NCBI GenBank assembly: GCA_951406725.2
Contig: OX597829.1
Location: 47,554,001-47,618,000 of the forward strand
DNA length: 64,000 nt
DNA from: Octopus vulgaris
Taxonomy: Eukaryota
Reading direction: 5' to 3'
Shown: piece by piece, positions 53,873 through 64,000 of the stretch
Layout of the letters: every line of letters begins with the position of its first letter
Position numbering within the stretch: the first letter of the stretch is position 1
Notes under the pieces: model-generated
What the model saw: only the letters and a program-made list of their open reading frames with translations
What the model was told of the DNA's origin: nothing
Databases searched by the model: none
Program-made: the position numbers and the translations under genes

Positions 53873-54895
53873 ACACTATATAGTGTTCAAATATAAGTGG
53901 CATTTTCCTTGTTTCTGCCTTTCTCTGTATCTCTTGTTTACTCTTGTGGGTTCGAGGTCCTTGTGAATTCTTGGTAGGGAAGGAGGAGGAGGAGGAGGAG
54001 AAGAAGAAGAAGAATTTGGGAGTGCCATGATAGTAGTATTTTGACTGGTCAGTGGATGGTATCAGTCCCTGTTCAATTCATGAAAATATCTATCTATCTA
54101 TATATGTATATATTAGCCTGCTCGCTTAGCCAGCGGGGTGGCGTTATTTGAAGGCTAAAAACAATGCGAAGTGCATTGTGACCAGCGATGTGTAGCAGCA
54201 TCTGATAGCCTGGTCGGTCACGGTGATCACGGTGATATATATATAACACTGATAATATTTCTCGTTCTGCCCATGAACCAATTGTAGTATTATACAATAA
54301 AATGACTGGCTCACGCCATGCGGCTTATTTAAGAGCGAAACAATAAAAGGAAATGGCTGAGAAGTGACTCAAGGATTTTACTTAGCCACTCTAGAAGGGC
54401 GAAAATGTAAATTTTACTGCTAAAATAATTGAAACTCCAATACGTAAAGGGCCAGAAAATTATCCCAAAGCATGTGTTCCGTACTGTAACGTTTCTGGCA
54501 GATAGATATAAGCCGTGTCAACTAATCTTGTCTGTTTGTGTATCTATTGTATATATGTATCTGTCTGTGTACATATGTATGTGTGTGTCTGTCTGTCTGT
54601 CTATCTGTCAGTCAGTCTGTCTGTCTGCATGTGTATCTGTCTACGTCATGAGTTATTTACCTATCTCTTCCTTTTTTCCCCCTTCCTTTTCTCTTTCTCA
54701 CTATTTCTTTCTCCCCGAATATCCATGTTTGCGTGTGAGTGTATGTACACGCACACACACACGCACACACACACACACACACTCATACATACGCGCGCAT
54801 ACACACACACACACGCGAACATGCATACACATACACTCATTCGAGAATATATGAATATATAATCAAGAAGATACGAACATACGTTTACATGCTTG

Positions 54896-54926
<31 letters not shown>

Positions 54927-54970
54927 TGCATATATGTATATATATATGTGTATATATATATTTATGTATG

Positions 54971-55001
<31 letters not shown>

Positions 55002-55551
55002 ATATATATATGTGTGTATATATATATATATTTATGTATGTATGTATGTATATATATATATATATATATAGCATGCATACGGCAATGGACCAGCACATAC
55101 TCGTACATTTCTGGTGCTAGCCAATGTTGCATGTATATGTGTACGTGTGTGTGTGTGTGTGTGTAGGTGCGTGTGTTTATAAGAACGTGTGTGTATGTGT
55201 TGTATGTATGTGCCTGTATATATATATGTGTGTGTGTGTGTGTATGTCTTTGCGTGCGTATGTCAAACACTGAACTCCAAGCCAAATGTATCATCAGCTT
55301 TCAGTTTTGGCATTTTTTGAAATGCCTTTTTGCCCCCACATTAGGTGAAAAGCTGGTATGTGTGTAACAAGTGATACATTTCGCCTCGGGGCTGGTAGAG
55401 GAAAGACACCGAATTATTAGTAACACTGGTTGCGCTTTTTTTAATATTCTTAACATAATACAGAAATCATTTTCACACGCACCTGTAATAAAACAATAAA
55501 AAAAAGGTAGATTTTTTTTCTTGTTTTAGCTATTCATTCTTACTGTCTATC

Positions 55552-55585
<34 letters not shown>

Positions 55586-55588
<3 letters not shown>

Positions 55589-55694
55589 TTTATTTAAAGC
55601 AGCAGAAAATTCTAGCAAAAACTGTCCGACGAACGGCAACGGGAAACTCAGAGTAACAGGTTTTGTTGAATTTTCTACTGCTTTAAATAAAGCA
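55586..55694. repeat. Inverted repeat (27-bp arms) between (TA)n tracts, with a hammerhead-like loop
   Basis: TGCTTTATTTAAAGCAGCAGAAAATTC / GAATTTTCTACTGCTTTAAATAAAGCA; loop contains CCGACGA..GAAACTC. Confidence 0.6.
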
Positions 55695-55761
55695 TATTAC
55701 TCTACCACTGGTATTTGAGTACTCTTTTTTCCACCTTGTTTCACATTTATGTGTTTACTCC

Positions 55762-55799
<38 letters not shown>

Positions 55800-55800
<1 letters not shown>

Positions 55801-56001
55801 TCTTTTACTCTGTTTCAGTCATATGACTGCGGCCATGCTGAAGCACCGCCTTTAATCGAGCAACTCGACCCCGGGACTTATTCTTTTGTAAGCCCAGTAC
55901 TTATTCTATCGGTCTCTTTGCCGAACCGCTAAGTAACGGGGACATAAACACACCAGAATCGGTTGTCAAGCAATGCTAGGGGGACAAACACAGACACACA
56001 A

Positions 56002-56032
<31 letters not shown>

Positions 56033-56088
56033 CATATATACGACGGGCTTCTTTCAGTTTCCATCTACCAAATCCACTCACAAGGCTT
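55800..56088 (-). mobile_element. SINE family A copy (5'-truncated)
   Basis: Reverse complement of the family A tail and body. Confidence 0.75.
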
Positions 56089-56149
56089 TATATATTAATT
56101 AATTTATTTATTCTGCGTGCATGCGTTTATGCGTGTGTGTGTGTGTGTG

Positions 56150-56192
<43 letters not shown>

Positions 56193-56544
56193 GTGTGTGG
56201 CTGTGTTAGTATAATGACTGTTTTGTTTTGTTCTTTTACATGCAGGTTATACAGTTTTCTCTCTCTTTCTCTCATTCTTAAACTTCTTTGTCACTTTCTA
56301 TATCTCTCTCTATAACCCTCTCTCTTTCTCACTCTCTCTCTCTCTCTCCCTCTCTCCCTCTCCCCCCTCTCTCTCTCTCCTTCTCTTCCTATCTACCAAT
56401 CGATCTGGTTATTTTGATGAACGTCTTTTAATGAGTGTCCGTGTGTCGAAATAGCTTGTCAGCAACACACGTGTGCTTACATTATATATGTAAACATCCG
56501 ACAAAATTATTACAAATATGCATGTGCGCGTGTACGCATATATG

Positions 56545-56604
56545 CATGTATGTATGTATGTATGTATGTATGTATGTATGTATGTATGTATGTATGTATG
56601 TATG

Positions 56605-56638
<34 letters not shown>

Positions 56639-56660
56639 TGTATTCATGTATGTATGTATG

Positions 56661-56691
<31 letters not shown>

Positions 56692-57035
56692 TCATGTATG
56701 TATGTATGTATGTATTCATGTATGTATGTATGTATTCATGTATGTATGTATGTATGTATGTATGTATGTATGTATGTATTCATGTATGTATGTATGTATG
56801 TATGTATGTATGTATGTATTCATGTATGTATGTATGTATGTATGTATTCATGTATGTATGTATGTATTCATGTATGTATGTATGTATGTATGTATGTATG
56901 TATGTATTCATGTATGTATGTATGTATGTATTCATGTATGTATCCATGTATGTATGTATGTATGTATGTATGTATTCATGTATGTATGTATGTATGTATG
57001 TATGTATGTATGTATGTATGTATGTATGTATGTAT
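56545..57035. repeat. (GTAT)n array with periodic TTCAT variants
   Basis: Direct reading. Confidence 0.95.
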
Positions 57036-57141
57036 GCGTGTGTGTGTATATATCCTTATGTAAATTTATATATTTACTTCGTATATATATATATAGATAG
57101 ACAGATAGATTGATAGATAGATAGATAGATAGATAGACAGA

Positions 57142-57172
<31 letters not shown>

Positions 57173-57198
57173 ATAGATATATAGACAGATAGATAGAC

Positions 57199-57319
<121 letters not shown>

Positions 57320-57412
57320 CATAGATAGATATACTCTGATACCTTACTAGGTTTCAGATAGTATTAGCCCCGGCCATATACATACAAACCTACATAATAC
57401 ATACATACATAT

Positions 57413-57445
<33 letters not shown>

Positions 57446-57450
57446 CGTAA

Positions 57451-57557
<107 letters not shown>

Positions 57558-57740
57558 ACATAATTTAAATAGAGGTTATAATAGCCCCATAAATGGATGG
57601 CATCATCCAAGGATATACTGGTTCAGTACCTAATATTGGTTTATATATAAACCATGGTTTATAGTCGTGTAAATGAAAAATAAGAAAATGGAGGTACTAA
57701 AGTTAAAAAGAGCTTATTATCAACAAAAATCTATCATTAT

Positions 57741-57820
57741 CTCTTACAGCTGTTTCGATTTAGCACAGTGAAATTTTAAAATATTAGAATCATATATTTG
57801 AGCGTCATCTCATCAGAGAG
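57741..57820 (-). ncRNA. Minimal type-I hammerhead motif, canonical core
   Basis: Minus: CTCT-CTGATGA-GAT..ATC-GAAAC-AGCT-GTA-AGAG; palindromic stem III ACAGCTGT, GUA triplet; the same 3' half (GAAACAGCTGTAAGA) occurs at 45868. Confidence 0.65.
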
Positions 57821-57920
57821 GAAAATAATACACCCTAAGAATTCGATGAAATTAAGCTCTTGTGCCAAACTTTGAAGCCATTATCATTATTATTATCATT
57901 ATTATTATTATTATTATTAT

Positions 57921-58255
<335 letters not shown>

Positions 58256-58496
58256 GTTATTATTATTATTGAGTGAGACAACAGTGCATGCCATCAAAGT
58301 GACGCTAGGGTAAAATATACGAAACCCAGTATACCTATTTCTTTATTACCCACAAGGGGCTAAACATAGAGGGGACAAACAAGGACAGACATAGGTATCA
58401 AAATGTGGGAATAGTTAGGAATCTAAATCGTAGGAGACAGACACACAACTTGACTTTTATATATAAAGATTAGGAACATTCTGTGTCCCTATATGT

Positions 58497-58670
58497 AGTG
58501 AAGGCGCATGGCTCAGTGGCTAGAACATCGGGCTCACAATCAATGGGTAGTGAGTTCGGATCCCGGATCGGGCTGTGTGTTGTGTTTTTGAGCAAGACAC
58601 TTTATTTCATGTTGCTCCAGTTCACCGGAAATGTGTTGCGATGTCACTGGTGCCAAGTTGTATCGGCCTG
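58497..58670 (+). mobile_element. SINE family C 5' portion
   Basis: GTGAAGGCGCATGGCTCAGTGG head and TTGAGCAAGACACTT..TTGCTCCAG shared with 16628. Confidence 0.65.
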
Positions 58671-58688
58671 CGCATATAGATATATATA

Positions 58689-60326
58689 CTAGCAGAGTTA
58701 CCCGGCGTTGCCCGAGTAACATACAATTGAAGAATTAGACGTTTCTGTTATATTTTCTGTAATGAACTGGAATACCTATGCTTCGAATTTCATCAAAATT
58801 GCAGATGAAGGTTATTTCCCTCTTTACGCACCCTAAAAAAATTGTAATCGTGCCACATGTATCCCATACTACTGATTTTTATGCGCATATTCCAAAATTC
58901 TAGTCTTAGAGAACTTGTTAAAAGGATTTTGCTCCTGAAAATTTGAGGTCATGGAGCTCTAAAATGTGAGAGTTATCGCCCCTATTGTGGGTGGGCATCT
59001 TAATGTCAACCAGAGAAGTTGAATTGTTGAGAATCTTTTTAACTTGGGTCTTATATCTATTGTTTGAATTTTGTTCAATGGGTTTGTAAAAGAGAGCAAA
59101 GCTACAGGAAACCAAAAGACGAATGATCACGATAAGCAGTCACCTACAGTACCCTAGTCGTTACCACTCCCAATGTAGGATTTCTCACCATGCAGGTGAC
59201 AGGCACAGCCGTAAGATGCATTACGAATCTATAGCAATTGGAAGGGCGTGACCCAACTGAAATATACTTTAACTGTGTGACGTGAGGGCTAAAGAGAAAT
59301 GAAAGTTGGAGTTTGCAAATGACCACTATACTGATACGTAACTGGACAGAATAAATATACAATCTAAAAATGTCTTTGAATAACCAGTCACCCATCTGGG
59401 AAAGCTTTGAAATCAATGTTACCATGTGGGGACTATGTGTGACCCAGTGATAATAAAAAGACTGAAAGGAGATCTGCAATCAAATAACTTTACTCAACAC
59501 TTTGCAACTCAATCAGTGGAGGCAAAGATACCTCTCATTTACTTGACAATTTATGCAGCACATTGCAGAAATCACAATCTAAGTGTATGTCAAAGCAAAC
59601 TCTTACACTGTTGTACCATTGAATTACAAATAATGCCCATCTTCTATGCTCGGATGACCCCGCAGCTTCCAAGAGTACAACTATTCGTCTTTGCTTAGAT
59701 AAAATGACAAAATTGTGGGTGTTAAGTCCCCATGAAGGGGTCTTTCTAACTTGTAAGAAGATCAAATTTTATAAATATTACTTCATTTGTATCTAATATC
59801 TATGGTTAAAATTTCATCAACAGCAACAAAAATATATAAATTGTAATGGGGGTTGTGGCTCTTATGCATAGAATATAATTTCCAAATTTCGTAAAGATCC
59901 ATTCAATACTTTTGACTTAATTTTGGATCATAAAAGAAATGACTAAAATTTAGGAGCTAAGGCCCACATTACGGTGTCTTAGAATCCTCATGTGAGGTGG
60001 AAATTTTGAAAATACTTCTTGATGTGTGTCAATTACCCATGGTTGAAATTTCATCAACATCGATAATTTATGAATTTTCATGGGGGTTCTGCCCCCTTTA
60101 AGCCATCTGAAATTCAAACCAAACATATTGCGTTATACCCACCCTTATGCATTGAATCTAAGTTTCAAATATCATAAGGATCCATTCAGTAATTTTGGTC
60201 CAGCATTACCCTTCTCCCTAGGCTTCGATTTTGCGTTCCAAATTTCATTATGATCGGTGCAGCAGTTTTCGAATGTATAAGTAATACACGAACACATAAA
60301 GACATTGTCTTTGATATAATAAATAT
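58689..60326 (-). mobile_element. Non-autonomous Helitron-type element with a possible Pif1-like helicase relic
   Basis: Minus 3' end CTCGGGCAACGCCGGG hairpin + CTAG|T; internal repeated AAATTTCATCAA modules; degenerate PSWGLNTHNFVIL/FNGT remnants at 59300-59760 in the same orientation. Confidence 0.6.
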
Positions 60327-60358
60327 GAATGTACACATATACATACATGTATATATAA

Positions 60359-60425
<67 letters not shown>

Positions 60426-60499
60426 TGTGTGAGCGTGTGTGTGTATTGTGAATATATATATACACACACACAAAGATAAATTGATAGATACAACTGAGT

Positions 60500-61170
60500 G
60501 AGCAAACAAAAATATGAGACACAGCGTAGTGCTTTTTTTATGTTGATAAGCCAGGTACTTATTCTATTAGTTTCTTCTTGTGAAACCAGTAAGTTATGGG
60601 GGTGTAAATAAACGAACAGCAGCTGCGAAACAGTGATGAGGGTGCAACACAAAGAAAGTCACACACATACACTTAAATATATATATATATACGATTGATC
60701 TCTTTAAGTTACTGTCTACGAAATCTATCTATATATATATATATATATGTGTGTATGTATTTATGTATGTATACACACACACACACATACACAAAGATAA
60801 ATTATGTGGGTAAACAAAAATATGAGATACTGCCTAGTGGGTTTTTTTATTTTGATAAGCCTGGTACTTATTCTATCAGTTTCTTCTTGTGAAGCCAGTA
60901 AGTTATGGGGCTGTAAATAAACGAACACCAGTTGTGAGGCAGTGATAAGGGAGAAGCACAAAGACACACGCACAGACTTACATATATACATACATATATA
61001 TATACAATTGATTACTTTCAGTTTCTGTCTACAAAATCCACTGAGAAGGCTTTGGTTAGTCTGAGGCTATAGCAGAAGACACATGCCAAGTCACCACACA
61101 GTGGGACTGAACCCAGGACCATGTGTTTGGGAACGAAGTTTGTTACCACACAGCCACACCTGCACCTATG
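60500..61170 (-). mobile_element. Old SINE A copies with tandem ~300-bp duplication
   Basis: 60470-60725 resembles 60790-61035; head (cacacagccacacctgcaccta) at ~61150; inverted head copy at 61417-61475. Confidence 0.6.
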
Positions 61171-61251
61171 TATGTGTGTGTGTATGTGTATATGGGTGTA
61201 CACATGTATGCATGTATATATGTGAATATATGTGTACATATTACATGTACA

Positions 61252-61323
<72 letters not shown>

Positions 61324-61539
61324 TACATCTACACATATACATGTATACATATACATCTATATGTATAAAAATAAATGTATACATATACAGCTATACACAC
61401 GCACACACACACACATAGGTGCAGGTGTGGCTGTGTGGTAACAAACTTCGTTCCAAAACACTTGGTCCTGAGTTTAAATTGAAATCTAAAATAATAAGGT
61501 TGAGAAAGTGAATATTAATTTGATTAATATGAATTGAAA

Positions 61540-61897
61540 ACTAGTGGTGTAGCATATAAGACCATAGCGGATCTTCTTCTAGCAAAATGGATGTCCACTG
61601 TTAATGGTTCATCCCTCTTATATAATAGTTTGACTTTAATAGTTTCAGTATTAAAGTGAAAGTATTTGACATTACAATAGAGAGATGTTTTTGTTTCACT
61701 TTTAACACGTAATGCTGAAATAGTGGAGAAGATATGATATTGGTGTGGGCTCGCCCTAGGCAAGAAGTTAGGAATTGTTTTTGCCCATGGCATTCCCTGG
61801 ACCCTAAGTAAGGCATGTGTAAAATTTGAATGAAATTGGTTCTGTAGTTCTCAAGCTTTAGGGATTCACACAGACAGACAGATCGGCACACATTCTC

Positions 61898-61900
<3 letters not shown>
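61540..61900 (-). mobile_element. Probable non-autonomous Helitron-like repeat (related copy at ~39990-40200)
   Basis: ACTAG terminus; shared GTGTAAAATTTGAATGAAATTGGT..TAGTTCT..CACACAGACAGACAG module. Confidence 0.4.
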
Positions 61901-61988
<88 letters not shown>

Positions 61989-62313
61989 CACATATATATA
62001 TATATACACACACACATATATATATATACATACACACACACATATATATATATACATACACACATATATGTATATATGTGTGTGTTTGTGTATCTCTGTC
62101 GCTTTCCATCTATCTCTTTCCCTCTCTCTCTCTCTCTCTCTACATATGCGTGGTAGGCGTTAATATGTCCTCTGCTTTCAAAAACAAAACAAAAAAAAAC
62201 TAATAATTCTCACCAACAGAGTTTAGATCCGGTCTCAAACTCAGAAGGATGGTTCTTTCTTTCATTATAATTTTTAACATCAGCAACGTTGATGGGCTTG
62301 TTTATCTGTCTAT

Positions 62314-64000
62314 ATGTATGTACGTACGTACGTATGTATGTATGTATGTATGTATGTATGTATGTATGTATGTATGTATGTATGTATGTATGTATGTATG
62401 TATGTATGTACGTATGTATGTATGTATGTATGTATGTATGTATGTATGTATGTATGTATGTATGTATGTATGTATGTATGTATGTATGTATGTATGTATG
62501 TATGTATGTATGTATGTATGTATGTACGTACGTAGTATGTATGTATGTATGTATGTATGTATGTATGTATGTATGTATGTATGTATGTATGTATGTATGT
62601 ATGTATGTATGTATGTATGTATGTATGTATGTATGTATGTATGTATGTATGTATGTATGTACGTATGTATGTATGTATGTATGTATGTATGTATGTATGT
62701 ATGTATGTATGTATGTATGTATGTATGTATGTATGTATGTATGTATGTATGTATGTATGTATGTATGTATGTATGTATGTATGTATGTATGTATGTATGT
62801 ATGTATGTATGTATGTATGTATGTATGTATGTATGTATGTATGTATGTATGTATGTATGTATGTATGTATGTATGTATGTATGTATGTATGTATGTATGT
62901 ATGTATGTATGTATGTATGTATGTATGTATGTATGTATGTATGTATGTATGTATGTATGTATGTATGTATGTATGTATGTATGTATGTATGTATGTATGT
63001 ATGTATGTATGTATGTATGTATGTATGTATGTATGTACGTACGTATGTATGTATGTATGTATGTATGTATGTATGTACGTATGTATGTATGTATGTATGT
63101 ATGTATGTATGTATGTATGTATGTATGTATGTATGTATGTATGTATGTATGTATGTATGTATGTATGTATGTATGTATGTATGTATGTATGTATGTATGT
63201 ATGTATGTATGTATGTATGTATGTATGTATGTATGTATGTATGTATGTATGTATGTATGTATGTATGTATGTATGTATCAGTGTATGTATGTATGTATGT
63301 ATGTATGTATGTATGTACGTACGTACGTATGTATGTATGTATGTATGTATGTATGTATGTATGTATGTATGTATGTATGTATGTATGTATGTATGTATGT
63401 ATGTATGTATGTATGTATGTATGTATGTATGTATGTATGTATGTATGTATGTATGTATGTATGTATGTATGTATGTATGTATGTATGTATGTATGTATGT
63501 ATGTATGTATGTATGTATGTATGTATGTATGTATGTATGTATGTATGTATGTATGTATGTATGTATGTATGTATGTATGTATGTATGTATGTATGTATGT
63601 ATGTATGTATGTATGTATGTATGTATGTATGTATGTATGTATGTATGTATGTATGTATGTATGTATGTATGTATGTATGTATGTATGTATGTATGTATGT
63701 ATGTATGTATGTATGTATGTATGTATGTATGTATGTATGTATGTATGTATGTATGTATGTATGTATGTATGTATGTATGTATGTATGTATGTATGTATGT
63801 ATGTATGTATGTATGTATGTATGTATGTATGTATGTATGTATGTATGTATGTATGTATGTATGTATGTATGTATGTATGTATGTATGTATGTATGTATGT
63901 ATGTATGTATGTATGTATGTATGTATGTATGTATGTATGCGTATGTATGTATGTATGTATGTATGTATGTATGTATGTATGTATGTATGTATGTATGTAT
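62314..64000. repeat. At least 1.68-kb (GTAT)n array running off the window end
   Basis: Direct reading; rare GTAC interruptions. Confidence 0.98.

Overview
AT-rich, microsatellite-saturated animal genomic DNA, most likely an octopus or other coleoid cephalopod (inferred from the tRNA-derived SINE families and repeat landscape, not database-confirmed). Two spliced + strand genes can be rebuilt with consistent exon phases. (1) The 3' part of an inverted-formin (FHDC1/INF2-family) gene: four FH2 exons at 3588-6618 plus a 4.17-kb terminal exon at 7402-11570, about 1531 aa within the window. (2) A highly divergent macrodomain gene: ATG at 29344, exons 30691-31089, 33379-33900 and probably 41862-41992, about 351 aa, with altered ADP-ribose-binding/catalytic motifs. 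The rest is decayed mariner/Tc1, hAT and pogo MITEs, Dong/R4-type LINE fragments in (TAA)n, Helitron-type elements, several modular SINE families and large simple repeats. The most notable non-coding signal is a set of about 10 minimal type-I hammerhead-ribozyme motifs in Penelope-like, microsatellite-flanked elements. They include a fold-back carrying two outward-facing copies, and cores with compensatory C3-G8, U3-A8 and G3-C8 pairs. Almost all other ORFs in the track are microsatellite artefacts. All homology calls are by eye from remembered family motifs.
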